DNA of 64,000 nucleotides, taken from contig CAYOFV010000001.1 in the NCBI GenBank assembly GCA_964403565.1, positions 4,839 to 68,838 of the forward strand, given 5' to 3'. The translations under genes were made by a program, and so were the position numbers. How positions within the stretch are numbered: the first letter of the stretch is position 1; the number at the start of each line of letters is the position of its first letter. Under the pieces are notes generated by a model. The model ran no database searches. It was not told where the DNA came from and was given only the letters and a program-made list of their open reading frames with translations. The stretch comes from an uncultured Piscirickettsiaceae bacterium (GTDB lineage Bacteria; Pseudomonadota; Gammaproteobacteria; PS1; Pseudothioglobaceae). Positions 40,188-49,752 of the stretch are shown one piece after another.

Positions 40188-41354
40188 ATGTCAAAGATCG
40201 GCCCAAGAGAAATAAATATACCTTTTCGCCCAATTCCACTGGACGTGCCAGAAGGTATGAAGCCAAATGAGTTTTTTAACTCTCCTGAAAATTTAAAAGA
40301 CTTAACTGAAAACAACGGTCTATTAACAAACGAAGAAGATCTACTGCTTTATCGTAAGGCTTTAGGGCATTCAAATGAATTTGACTGTTCAGTAATTTAC
40401 AATACTTCAAAAACCATTCTTAACCCACTAGGTAGACCTGTACGTCGTACACAGCTGCCAAAAAATGTAAGGGAAGTGTGGAATCGCATGAATCAAATTA
40501 TCATTGGATTTATGCTGGAACAATATCCAGATCCAGACAAGCACTTAATCTTAGCAGGAGAGGCTTCACTTGATTCTACTTGGCCAATTACCTCAGCAGG
40601 TGTTCCAAGTATTCGTATGTTACATAACCACTTTATTGTATTTGATAAAGCAAACTTGGAAAATGCAAAACTAGCCGATACTAATAATCCAAACTTAACA
40701 GACGGCGGACAACATTCTTTGTTTGCTGCGTATATGCAAGATGTCTATGTTGAATTCTTATCATCACTTGATCTGGAAATACTAAGACCAATGATTGGCG
40801 AAGCCTCATCATTTAAACTAACTGGATATCCTCAAGGATTGCCAAGCTGGGAAATCCTTGGTGGTATTGACAGTTTAAAAAATATTGATTTTTGGAAAGA
40901 ATACGATCTTGTTTTAAAAGGTTTTTTAGATTTTTACCGCACATTTTTTAATCAGGTCTCAAGTAGAAATTCAGGTGTGCCAAAAAATGCTTACTTTCCA
41001 AAAGAAATTGAAAAAACTCTTTTATTTAATAACTGTTTTCTATCAGCTGCAAAAAAAGTTCGTGATAAATGTATTGAAGATGCTAAATACGCCTCTTCAA
41101 TTCGTTGGCAACCTGCGTTTAAACAGCTTATTTATCGTAACGACGAAGGTAAATTAATTGTTACCATCTCACAAAATTCAATTGGTAATGCCATTACTGA
41201 ACTACTTGGTGTAGTTGTTAATAGAACTCCTGACGCTAAAGCCTATGAAAAGGATGAAAAAGCCTTGATCGAAAAACTACTAAAACTAAGATCTAGACTA
41301 GTTGATGCCGACCTTGGCCATGGTATTCAGACTCAGTTTTGGGGTGCAGAATAA
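40188..41354 (+). CDS. hypothetical protein with HxH (HIT/GalT-like) signature
   Basis: 388-aa soluble ORF. The only recognisable element is SIRMLHNHFIVF, i.e. hydrophobic-H-x-H-hydrophobic x3. Confidence 0.65.
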   Translation: MSKIGPREINIPFRPIPLDVPEGMKPNEFFNSPENLKDLTENNGLLTNEEDLLLYRKALGHSNEFDCSVIYNTSKTILNPLGRPVRRTQLPKNVREVWNRMNQIIIGFMLEQYPDPDKHLILAGEASLDSTWPITSAGVPSIRMLHNHFIVFDKANLENAKLADTNNPNLTDGGQHSLFAAYMQDVYVEFLSSLDLEILRPMIGEASSFKLTGYPQGLPSWEILGGIDSLKNIDFWKEYDLVLKGFLDFYRTFFNQVSSRNSGVPKNAYFPKEIEKTLLFNNCFLSAAKKVRDKCIEDAKYASSIRWQPAFKQLIYRNDEGKLIVTISQNSIGNAITELLGVVVNRTPDAKAYEKDEKALIEKLLKLRSRLVDADLGHGIQTQFWGAE

Positions 41355-41361
41355 ATTTCTT

Positions 41362-41375
41362 TTGACATTAGTCAA
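41362..41375. promoter_or_regulatory. FNR/FixK-type palindrome TTGAC-atta-GTCAA upstream of hppA
   Basis: Fits the TTGA-N6-TCAA core. A TATAGT -10-like hexamer starts 31.5 nt from the box centre, the same geometry as the ccoG box. Confidence 0.45.
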
Positions 41376-41481
41376 ATATTCATAAAATAGTTATATTCTT
41401 ATAGTATTTATTACTAATAATTAACTATAATTAGTCGCGGAGAAAATTATATATACTACTAAATAGGAGACAAAAAACTCT

Positions 41482-43476
41482 ATGGATACAATACTTGTCC
41501 TTGCCATCGCGGCATCAATTATCGCTGTTTTATACGGCCTGTTCACAATCACCTGGATTGACAAGCAATCTTCAGGTACCGACAAGATGAAAGAGATATC
41601 AGACGCTATTGCACAAGGTGCAAGCGCTTATCTAAATCGTCAATACACAACTATTGGTATGGTTGGTTTTGTTTTATTAGTTATTATTGCTTATTTCTTA
41701 GGCGCTGCAGTTGGCCTTGGCTTCCTTATTGGTGCTGTATTATCTGGCGCAACTGGATACATCGGTATGAATGTATCGGTTAAGTCTAACTCACGTACTG
41801 CTGAAGCTGCTAAAAACGGTATTAACGCTGCATTCCAAGTTGCCTTTAAAGGTGGCGCAGTTACGGGTATGCTTGTAGTTGGTCTAGCTCTGTTAGGTGT
41901 TTCTGGTTACTACGCTGGAATGCTAGCATTTGGAGTTGAGCAAAAAGATGCTTTACATGCCCTAATCGGCCTTGCATTTGGTGGCTCACTTATCTCAATC
42001 TTTGCTCGTCTTGGTGGTGGTATCTTTACTAAAGGTGCTGACGTTGGTGCTGATATCGTAGGTAAAGTTGAAGCTGGAATCCCTGAAGATGATCCACGTA
42101 ACCCTGCTGTAATTGCTGACAACGTTGGTGACAATGTTGGTGACTGCGCAGGTATGGCTGCTGACTTATTTGAAACTTACGCCGTTACTATTGTAGCAAC
42201 TATGATGTTAGGCGGAATACTTTCTGGCTTACCTGAAAACGCTGTTCTTTACCCTCTAGCTTTAGGCGCTGTTTCAATTATTGCTTCTATTATTGGTACT
42301 TTCTTTGTTAAGGTATCTGACGGTGGTTCAATTATGGGTGCGCTTTATAAAGGTCTGATTGTTTCTGCAGTATTAGCTGCTGTTGCCTTCTACTTTATTA
42401 CTGCAAATATGAACATGGGTATGGATTTATTCTATGCTTCATTAATTGGCTTGGTGCTTACTGCGGTTATGGTTGTAGTTACTGAATACTACACTTCAAC
42501 TGAGTACAATCCGGTACAGCATGTTGCTGAGTCATCACTAACAGGTGATGGTACAAATGTTATTGCCGGTTTAGGTTTGTCTATGAAATCAACTGCACTT
42601 CCAGTACTTGCTGTATGTGCTAGTATTTGGGCAGCACATTCACTAGGTGGTTTGTACGCTATTGCTATTGCTGCAACTGCTATGCTTTCTATGACAGGTG
42701 TAATTGTAGCTCTAGATGCTTATGGTCCAATTACTGATAATGCTGGTGGTATTGCTGAAATGGCTGAACTTCCTGAAGAGATTCGTAATATTACCGACCC
42801 TCTAGATGCTGTTGGCAATACAACCAAAGCGGTAACTAAAGGTTATGCTATTGGTTCTGCTGGTCTTGCAGCATTAGTACTATTTGCTGACTTCACTAAC
42901 TCACTAGGTGGTGATACTAAAACTTTGTTTGACTTATCAGACTACAGAGTAATTATCGGCCTATTCCTTGGTGGTCTAGTGCCTTACTTATTTGGTGCCA
43001 TGGCCATGGAAGCTGTTGGTCGTGCTGCTGGTGGTATCGTAAATGAAGTGCGTCGTCAATTCCGTGAAATGCCAGGCATTATGGATTACACGCAAAAACC
43101 AGACTACTCTAAAGCTGTTGACATGTTAACTAAATCGGCAATTAGAGAGATGATATTACCTTCAATTCTTCCGATTTTATTCCCAGTGGCAGTTGGTTTG
43201 TTACTAGGCGCTGAAGCGCTAGGTGGTTTGTTAATTGGCTCGATTGCTACTGGTATCTTTGTTGCAATCTCAATGACTACTGGTGGTGGTGCTTGGGATA
43301 ATGCTAAAAAATACATCGAAGACGGTAACTTTGGTGGCAAGGGCTCTGATGCTCATAAAGCTGCAGTTACAGGTGATACTGTAGGTGACCCGTATAAAGA
43401 TACTGCAGGTCCTGCAATTAACCCTCTAATTAAGATTATCAACATCGTTGCTATTCTAATTATTCCACTTATCTAA
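41482..43476 (+). CDS. hppA: K+-independent H+-translocating pyrophosphatase
   Basis: [37 protein letters not shown] (Lys rather than Ala) marks the K+-independent class. Confidence 0.95.
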   Translation: MDTILVLAIAASIIAVLYGLFTITWIDKQSSGTDKMKEISDAIAQGASAYLNRQYTTIGMVGFVLLVIIAYFLGAAVGLGFLIGAVLSGATGYIGMNVSVKSNSRTAEAAKNGINAAFQVAFKGGAVTGMLVVGLALLGVSGYYAGMLAFGVEQKDALHALIGLAFGGSLISIFARLGGGIFTKGADVGADIVGKVEAGIPEDDPRNPAVIADNVGDNVGDCAGMAADLFETYAVTIVATMMLGGILSGLPENAVLYPLALGAVSIIASIIGTFFVKVSDGGSIMGALYKGLIVSAVLAAVAFYFITANMNMGMDLFYASLIGLVLTAVMVVVTEYYTSTEYNPVQHVAESSLTGDGTNVIAGLGLSMKSTALPVLAVCASIWAAHSLGGLYAIAIAATAMLSMTGVIVALDAYGPITDNAGGIAEMAELPEEIRNITDPLDAVGNTTKAVTKGYAIGSAGLAALVLFADFTNSLGGDTKTLFDLSDYRVIIGLFLGGLVPYLFGAMAMEAVGRAAGGIVNEVRRQFREMPGIMDYTQKPDYSKAVDMLTKSAIREMILPSILPILFPVAVGLLLGAEALGGLLIGSIATGIFVAISMTTGGGAWDNAKKYIEDGNFGGKGSDAHKAAVTGDTVGDPYKDTAGPAINPLIKIINIVAILIIPLI

Positions 43477-43493
43477 TACATATTTGGAAAACA

Positions 43494-43524
43494 AAAAAAA
43501 GGAGCGTTTAACGCTCCTTTTTTT
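43494..43524. terminator. bidirectional rho-independent terminator
   Basis: aaaaaaaggagcgt-tta-acgctccttttttt. Confidence 0.8.
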
Positions 43525-43553
43525 ATATTTGAATTTAATAAATAGAGCTTTGA

Positions 43554-43916
43554 TTAATCTTTATTTATTTCAACCTTAAGACCTTTGGTACTCTTAGATA
43601 AAATAAAATCAGCCTGAGCCTTAAGCAAAACATCAATACACTCATTAAGATCGTTATATTCGTCTACACCTGTATCAAAACGCTTATCCATTCCAAAGTA
43701 GAAAAAACTCTTATATACAAAAGCTCCAAGCTTTAGAATTACAAATGTTGAACTCTTATCTTCCCAAACCAGTGCAGGATAAGCAGTGGCTTTATCTTCA
43801 CCTTTTTTGGTAAATTCTATATCAGCTAAATGAATTTCTTTTTTCTCATCTCTCCAACGATTATCAACTAAATCCTTAGCAATTTGAATTTCAGAATCTG
43901 TAAAGTCTATAGACAT
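43554..43916 (-). CDS. hypothetical protein (120 aa)
   Basis: ORF with tight spacing to the upstream FKBP gene; no motif. Confidence 0.55.
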   Translation of the reverse strand: MSIDFTDSEIQIAKDLVDNRWRDEKKEIHLADIEFTKKGEDKATAYPALVWEDKSSTFVILKLGAFVYKSFFYFGMDKRFDTGVDEYNDLNECIDVLLKAQADFILSKSTKGLKVEINKD

Positions 43917-43928
43917 AATAAATCTCTA

Positions 43929-44429
43929 TTAGTTAAGTAACTCGTTAATATCAGGCTCTGCATCAACTGGACCACCAGCATCAATTTCATCTTCAGTAGC
44001 ATCACGAACTGTTAAAACTTCAAGCTTAAACACAACATGACGTCCACAAAGTGGGTTGTTACCATCGACAGTAACAGACTTGTCATCAACTCTAGTTACT
44101 AGAAAATCTCTTGGCTCGCCCTTTTCGTTTTCCATTGTAATAGTAAGTCCAACTTCACGATATTCTTCAGGTACGTTTTCAATAAAATCAGTAAATACTA
44201 AATTTTCATCACGCTCGCCGTAAAGAATATTGCAATCAATCGGAACTTCAATTACATCGCCAACAACACAGTTGTTAAGCTCTTTCATTACTGGTTCTGA
44301 GAGAATGTCATTAACACCATGAACATAACCAATTGGGTATTCAACCTGAATCAACACCTCATTGGATTTTTGATCAATTACTTGATAAGTTAATTCGACT
44401 AATTTGCCGTCTTCAATTTTTTCAGCCAT
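43929..44429 (-). CDS. FKBP-type peptidyl-prolyl isomerase (SlyD-like, no His tail)
   Basis: VTVDGNNPLCGRHVVFKLEVLTVRDATEDE matches the NHPLAG..L.F...V..VR.AT pattern of SlyD/FkpB. Confidence 0.7.
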   Translation of the reverse strand: MAEKIEDGKLVELTYQVIDQKSNEVLIQVEYPIGYVHGVNDILSEPVMKELNNCVVGDVIEVPIDCNILYGERDENLVFTDFIENVPEEYREVGLTITMENEKGEPRDFLVTRVDDKSVTVDGNNPLCGRHVVFKLEVLTVRDATEDEIDAGGPVDAEPDINELLN

Positions 44430-44432
44430 AAG

Positions 44433-44783
44433 TTAAAAGATTGTTGCACCAAAGATCTTTACGATTTCATCTTGATAGCCAATAACGAGTCGACCAAGCC
44501 ACTCACCTTCACGCTTCTTATGTTTTTGTCTAAATAGTACAGTAACATATTCTCCACGACGAATCGTACCTAGAAAATCAAATTCAGTTGATAGGTTTTT
44601 TGTTAACTCACTTCGAGCGAACTGCTTACCCATTTCTACTTCATTAGCGCCACGTAACATATCATCAGAAAAGTTCTTTGTGAATAATCCGTAGTTTTGA
44701 TTGTTAGAATACTTAACAAGATCAGCCCACATAGGCTTAGCAATTGCTAATATTTCATCATCAGATTTATCAATGATATTCAT
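44433..44783 (-). CDS. hypothetical protein (116 aa)
   Basis: First ORF after the aprA terminator hairpins; no motif. Confidence 0.55.
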   Translation of the reverse strand: MNIIDKSDDEILAIAKPMWADLVKYSNNQNYGLFTKNFSDDMLRGANEVEMGKQFARSELTKNLSTEFDFLGTIRRGEYVTVLFRQKHKKREGEWLGRLVIGYQDEIVKIFGATIF

Positions 44784-44812
44784 ATATTTACCTCTATATT
44801 AGATGTTAATTA

Positions 44813-44862
44813 TTTTTTTATCTATAGTAAGTCTAATATTAAACTTACTATAGATAAAAAAA
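44813..44862 (-). repeat. perfect 20-bp-arm hairpin
   Basis: tttttttatctatagtaagt / acttactatagataaaaaaa with a 10-nt loop that is itself partly palindromic (taatatta). Confidence 0.8.
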
Positions 44863-44886
44863 GACCAACTAAACGTTGGTCTTTTT
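44858..44886 (-). terminator. rho-independent terminator downstream of aprA
   Basis: agaccaac-taaac-gttggtct extended by A/T pairs; followed by a U-run on the minus strand. Confidence 0.7.
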
Positions 44887-44896
44887 AATAAAACCA

Positions 44897-44920
44897 TAGA
44901 GACTTGGTAACAAGTCTCTA
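44897..44920 (-). terminator. 10-bp perfect hairpin 13 nt after the aprA stop
   Basis: tagagacttg-gtaa-caagtctcta. Confidence 0.55.
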
Positions 44921-44932
44921 GTGTTGTTTTAT

Positions 44933-46834
44933 TTACTTCTTAGCGTGTAAATCAGCTAAAGCTTTATCCTCAATATCTCCAACTAGGTGATATAAAGGTG
45001 CTTTCTCCATAGTGTATTCGCCAGTATTAGGGTCACGACGTGACACAGTTAGTACGTGCCAGTTATCATCATCAACCTTCATAGCATCACCACGGTAGTA
45101 GTAACCAGGCCAGCGAGTTTCCTTACGGAATAAAGTATGTTGCATAACACTCTCAGAAGTACGGTGACGGTGCTTAAGCTCCCATGCACGCATTAACTGG
45201 TGAATGTCTTCAGCAGCAACTTTTTCTAAATCTTCTTCCATAACGCCAAGCTTTTGTAGACCCATCTTCAGTAGCTTGTCGTTAGTCATGTAAGAAACTG
45301 TTACACCACCAGCATACTCGTCCATAATCTTCTGTAGACGCTGTAGACCAGGCATCGGAAGAATGTAACTTGGAGATACTGTACCAGCAACGATTTCGTT
45401 ACGACCAATTCTATAAGTCTCAAGAGGCTTGTAGATTTCTTCTTTACGATCGTTAATTTGCTTATCAGAAACAACAATACCTTCTGCTTTACCATCATCA
45501 ATATATTGACATGCTGATTTACCAGAAATACGACCTTCAGTAAATGAACCTGATGAGAATGCGTGTGGAGTACCACCAACAGCATCACCAGCACCGAATA
45601 GACCTTCAACAGTCATCATACGGTTATAACCCCATTGATACTCTTCAGGAGAGATATCTGCAGGACCTGAACACCATGCGCCACAACCAGTAGCGTGTGA
45701 ACCCATTACATATGGCTCAGATGTAGTTAATTCAGGGTTAACATATTTAGGATCGATATCTGTTGCAGCCCATAGTACCGCTTGACCAACAGTCATACCT
45801 AGGAAGTTCTCCCAACCCACTTCTTCTAAGTGAGGGTCTTGGAATGCTTCCATTGTAATCATATGAATTGGACCACGACCAGCATTTACTTCTGAAATGA
45901 ATGCGTGGTTACGTAGACATGTAGGAATAGGTCTGTGAGTTGCGTGAGAAACTTCAACATCAAGGTAACCTTTACCAACCATTTTTTCTAATTCAGGGAA
46001 CCATTTTGACTCATACTCTTCACCATAGCCGTTTTGAGTATATGTCTTAAGGTGTAAGAAGTATGCGCCAACTGGGCCATAACCATCCTTGAAACGAGCA
46101 AGAACGATACGATTTTCCATTTGAGTCATTTTCGCACCAGCATTAATCATTAATGCATATGCAGAACCTGATGACCATGGAGCGTACCATACACGACCAG
46201 CACCTTCACCAACTGAACGTGGCTTAAAGATGTTAGAAGCACCACCAGCACCAACAACTACAGTCTTAGACTTAAATACGTGGCAGTTACCAGTACGTAC
46301 GTTAAAACCAATAGCACCACCAACACGGTCACGACCAGACTCATCCATAAGTAGGTGAGTAATCATTACACGGTTGTATGTCTTATCAGCATTCTTAGTT
46401 GCAGCTTCAGCTACGATAGGCTTGTATGATTCACCATGAATCATGATCTGCCAACGACCTTCACGCTGGTATGCGTTAGTCTTAGGGTTTCTCATTAGAG
46501 GTAGACCCCATTCTTCAAATTTGTGTACTGCAGAGTCTACGTGACGAGCCATGTCAAACATTAAGTCTTCACGAACCATACCCATTAAGTCAATACGTGC
46601 ATAACGTACGTGATCTTCTGGATTGTTCTCACCCCAACGAGTACCCATATAACAGTTAATCGCGTATAGACCTTGAGCAACAGCACCTGAACGGTTGATG
46701 TTTGCTTTCTCAGCAATTACGATTTTCTTATCTTGACCCCAATATCTAGCTTCGTATGCAGCGCCTGTACCACCAAGGCCAGCACCTGCTACTAGAACAT
46801 CGATGTCGTTTTCATAAATAGTCTTGTAACCCAT
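44933..46834 (-). CDS. aprA: adenylylsulfate (APS) reductase subunit alpha
   Basis: 633 aa; FAD fold VLVAGAGLGGTGAA; AprA-typical length and conserved blocks; TAATG coupling with aprB. Confidence 0.95.
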   Translation of the reverse strand: MGYKTIYENDIDVLVAGAGLGGTGAAYEARYWGQDKKIVIAEKANINRSGAVAQGLYAINCYMGTRWGENNPEDHVRYARIDLMGMVREDLMFDMARHVDSAVHKFEEWGLPLMRNPKTNAYQREGRWQIMIHGESYKPIVAEAATKNADKTYNRVMITHLLMDESGRDRVGGAIGFNVRTGNCHVFKSKTVVVGAGGASNIFKPRSVGEGAGRVWYAPWSSGSAYALMINAGAKMTQMENRIVLARFKDGYGPVGAYFLHLKTYTQNGYGEEYESKWFPELEKMVGKGYLDVEVSHATHRPIPTCLRNHAFISEVNAGRGPIHMITMEAFQDPHLEEVGWENFLGMTVGQAVLWAATDIDPKYVNPELTTSEPYVMGSHATGCGAWCSGPADISPEEYQWGYNRMMTVEGLFGAGDAVGGTPHAFSSGSFTEGRISGKSACQYIDDGKAEGIVVSDKQINDRKEEIYKPLETYRIGRNEIVAGTVSPSYILPMPGLQRLQKIMDEYAGGVTVSYMTNDKLLKMGLQKLGVMEEDLEKVAAEDIHQLMRAWELKHRHRTSESVMQHTLFRKETRWPGYYYRGDAMKVDDDNWHVLTVSRRDPNTGEYTMEKAPLYHLVGDIEDKALADLHAKK

Positions 46835-47337
46835 TAGTAGTAAACTCCTTCTTTCATTTCTAAACCATTAGATTCTAAAGTATGTAGTTCTTTATGCTCA
46901 GATACGTGATCATCTTCAGAACTATTAAAGATTGCTTCAGGCTCAAACGACAACAATTGAGAATCACGCTGCTCTTGAGTTGGAGCAGGCTCATTTCTAA
47001 AGTCTGGAATGTTTTGACCCCAAGGCTTAGTAGTAATTGGTGATAGGAAGTTTTTAACACGACCATCACGGAAAGTAACTCTCCATGCGATAGTACCTTT
47101 ATCTTCATCACGAATTGTACGAACACTATGGCCTAATGGCGCAAAGTCAGCGTAACCACGTACGTCAATAGCGTTATGTGGACATGCTTTAACACATGAG
47201 TAACACTCCCAACACATGTTAGGTTCAATATTGTAAGCACGACGATATTTATCATCAATGTGCATAATGTCAGATGGGCAGATATCTACACAGTGTCCAC
47301 AACCATCACAACGAGTCATATATACAAAAGTTGGCAT
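46834..47337 (-). CDS. aprB: adenylylsulfate reductase subunit beta
   Basis: Two 4Fe-4S motifs CDGCGHCVDICP and CWECYSCVKACP plus the AprB C-terminal tail. Confidence 0.95.
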   Translation of the reverse strand: MPTFVYMTRCDGCGHCVDICPSDIMHIDDKYRRAYNIEPNMCWECYSCVKACPHNAIDVRGYADFAPLGHSVRTIRDEDKGTIAWRVTFRDGRVKNFLSPITTKPWGQNIPDFRNEPAPTQEQRDSQLLSFEPEAIFNSSEDDHVSEHKELHTLESNGLEMKEGVYY

Positions 47338-47371
47338 ATTATTTCCTCTCTTCTTATTTAATTAGTTAATA

Positions 47372-48256
47372 TTAGTAATGTTTTGGCTCTTCACGCTTGA
47401 TACCAAGACCGAAACTCATTGGAGCATCTTTAAGAAGTTCCATTGAATGTCTGTTTTGCTGCCACTCATTATCTCTAGTTTCGTGTGGTAGGTTTTCATT
47501 GGTACCATCAAGCTTAATGATGCGCTTGTTGTAAGCTGCAGCTGGCTTGAAGAACATGTGAGAGAATTTAGACCAGTAAACACCACCAAATAGTGATACT
47601 GTAGAAAGGATCACAAGAATGAACCATACACCAGTACCGCCACCGTAGATTTCCCAACCTAAAGCAGTTAGAGATGTTGCCATTAGTGCAAGACTAAAGC
47701 TGTCTTTTCTAATTACAATTTTTGTCCATGGGTTGCCTTCTGCACGTACATCAACTTTAAATGCAAACCAGAACCACCAGCTGCCTACTAGTAACATAAT
47801 AGCACCTAAGTTCCAAATTGTTGCAAGTGTTGCAGTTTCAGCTGCGCCATAAATAATAGCTGCAGTAGCACCTACGAAGAAAATAAAGCCCCACATAGTA
47901 AGGATATGAACTAATCTACGAACAGGGTTAGAGAATTCACCTGCAGTAGCAGTATCAATAACAACTGTATTTACTAATGCGCCGATTTTATCGCCACCAG
48001 TTAGTTCTTTAAAACGACCTTCGTTTGTACCAATAGTACAATTTGAGTTACCGTCTGCTAAACCTTGTTTTAAAGCAGCTTCTGCTTTCTTAGCATTGTT
48101 AAAGAAGTAAGTAGCACTTCCTTTGTGAATTAGATCTGCAACAGTCATAACAATAACTAGTGCGATCATAATAGTAACATACGTTTGCATGCTTTCCCAA
48201 CTGATAGTCCCAGCTGCTGCCAAGGCACCAATCGGTGTACTAGCGAAATCGATCAT
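47372..48256 (-). CDS. aprM: putative APS-reductase membrane anchor AprM
   Basis: 294-aa polytopic membrane protein sitting between sat and aprBA, as in the sat-aprMBA operon of Allochromatium vinosum. Call rests on position and topology. Confidence 0.6.
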   Translation of the reverse strand: MIDFASTPIGALAAAGTISWESMQTYVTIMIALVIVMTVADLIHKGSATYFFNNAKKAEAALKQGLADGNSNCTIGTNEGRFKELTGGDKIGALVNTVVIDTATAGEFSNPVRRLVHILTMWGFIFFVGATAAIIYGAAETATLATIWNLGAIMLLVGSWWFWFAFKVDVRAEGNPWTKIVIRKDSFSLALMATSLTALGWEIYGGGTGVWFILVILSTVSLFGGVYWSKFSHMFFKPAAAYNKRIIKLDGTNENLPHETRDNEWQQNRHSMELLKDAPMSFGLGIKREEPKHY

Positions 48257-48416
48257 ATTTATTCCTCCTTAGGTTTCAATCAATCACATTTAAAAATATT
48301 ATTAATTTTTTTGCTAACTACAAACTTTTTCTCAAATGTCTGAAGTCGTAAAAAATTGAATAATTATATACTAATATGTTTTTTCTTTTAATTAAATTTT
48401 AAATTTCACTCTGCAG

Positions 48417-49625
48417 TTACTTAGCAGAATGGCCACTCATTTTAATTTCTACTTTATCTTCATCCTTGATGCTAGCGTAGTATGCTTGTAATACTTTAGC
48501 TACTTCAGGGCGCGAGAACTCTTCAGGAAGGTCTTCACCATCTGAAAGCATCTTACGTACTTTAGTACCAGAAAGAAGAACACGATCTTTAGCCTCATGT
48601 GGACAAGTCTTCATTGAAGACATACCGCCACACTCATGACACCAGAATGTCCAGTCGATCTTAAGTGGTTGTGTAATAAGTGCATCATCAGCAATCTCAT
48701 CAAAGATATTGTGTGCATCAAACGGACCATAGTAATCATCAACACCAGCGTGATCACGACCAACAATTAGGTGTGAACAACCGTAGTTTTGTCTAAATAA
48801 TGCATGCAGTAGTGCTTCACGTGGACCAGCATAACGCATATCAAGTGGGTAACCAGACTGAAGAACTGTATTATCTACAAAGTAATTTTCAATCAGGGTT
48901 GCAATTGCCTCTGAACGCACCTCAGCTGGAATATCACCAGGCTTAAGGCCACCAAGAACAGAGTGAATCATAACACCATCACAGATTTCTACAGCAATCT
49001 TAGCTAAGTACTCGTGAGAACGGTGCATTGGGTTACGTGTTTGGAATGCAGCAATTGTTGACCAGCCTTTATCTTCAAAATAAGCGCGTGTCTCAGCTGG
49101 AGACATGTATAAATCACCATACTTCGCAGGGAAGCCACCATCAGATAATACTTTGATTGGACCTGCAAGATTATATTTACCTTGCTCCATAACCATAACA
49201 ACACCAGGGTGAGCCATCTCAGTTGTTTTATAAACTGTCTCACACTCATGCTCTTTATCGATCGTGTATTTTTCAGTAACGTTCATAGTTGCAACGATAT
49301 CGCCAGTCTTTGAACTAACTAGTGCAACTTCGTCACCTGCTTTAACATCTTCATCGTCAGTTGAAAGTGTAACTGGAATTGGCCAAAAAACACCACTTTC
49401 CATAGTCATGTTGTCACAAACACCTTGCCAATCTGCTTTATTCATAAAGCCATCAAGCGGAGTAAAACCACCAATACCCATCATAACGATATCGCCTTCT
49501 TCTCTAGAAGAGATTGTTAGTTGTGGTAAAGATTTTGCTCTTTCTAATTCTGCTGTTAGAGCGTCGCCTTCTAGTGCAAGAGGCTTAAGAGTATCACTGC
49601 CATGTGGTGGTACTAATTTTGACAT
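48417..49625 (-). CDS. sat: sulfate adenylyltransferase (ATP sulfurylase, dissimilatory direction)
   Basis: [11 protein letters not shown] and GRDHAG motifs, 402 aa. Confidence 0.95.
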   Translation of the reverse strand: MSKLVPPHGSDTLKPLALEGDALTAELERAKSLPQLTISSREEGDIVMMGIGGFTPLDGFMNKADWQGVCDNMTMESGVFWPIPVTLSTDDEDVKAGDEVALVSSKTGDIVATMNVTEKYTIDKEHECETVYKTTEMAHPGVVMVMEQGKYNLAGPIKVLSDGGFPAKYGDLYMSPAETRAYFEDKGWSTIAAFQTRNPMHRSHEYLAKIAVEICDGVMIHSVLGGLKPGDIPAEVRSEAIATLIENYFVDNTVLQSGYPLDMRYAGPREALLHALFRQNYGCSHLIVGRDHAGVDDYYGPFDAHNIFDEIADDALITQPLKIDWTFWCHECGGMSSMKTCPHEAKDRVLLSGTKVRKMLSDGEDLPEEFSRPEVAKVLQAYYASIKDEDKVEIKMSGHSAK

Positions 49626-49657
49626 ATCACTTTCCTATATTTATACAAAAGTTGCCA

Positions 49658-49666
49658 ATTATACCA
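49658..49666 (-). promoter_or_regulatory. extended -10 TGgTATAAT upstream of sat
   Basis: Reads TGGTATAAT on the minus strand, 33 nt before the sat ATG. Confidence 0.4.
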
Positions 49667-49752
49667 ACCGTTATTTTTGCCACTTTAGTTTGTAGTGATA
49701 CTTATATATATCTCTTTGGATATATTAGAAAAACCTGATTATTTTAGTAGGT

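Noticed and set aside
45301-45609. 102-aa same-strand, out-of-frame ORF inside aprA; similar ones lie inside aprB (46875..47126) and sat (49004..49249)
   Set aside because: They are embedded in strongly motif-supported genes. Their translations are low-complexity (L/V/K/Q-rich) with no start context. Three such ORFs in the three most codon-biased genes point to stop-codon depletion in an alternative frame, not overlapping genes.
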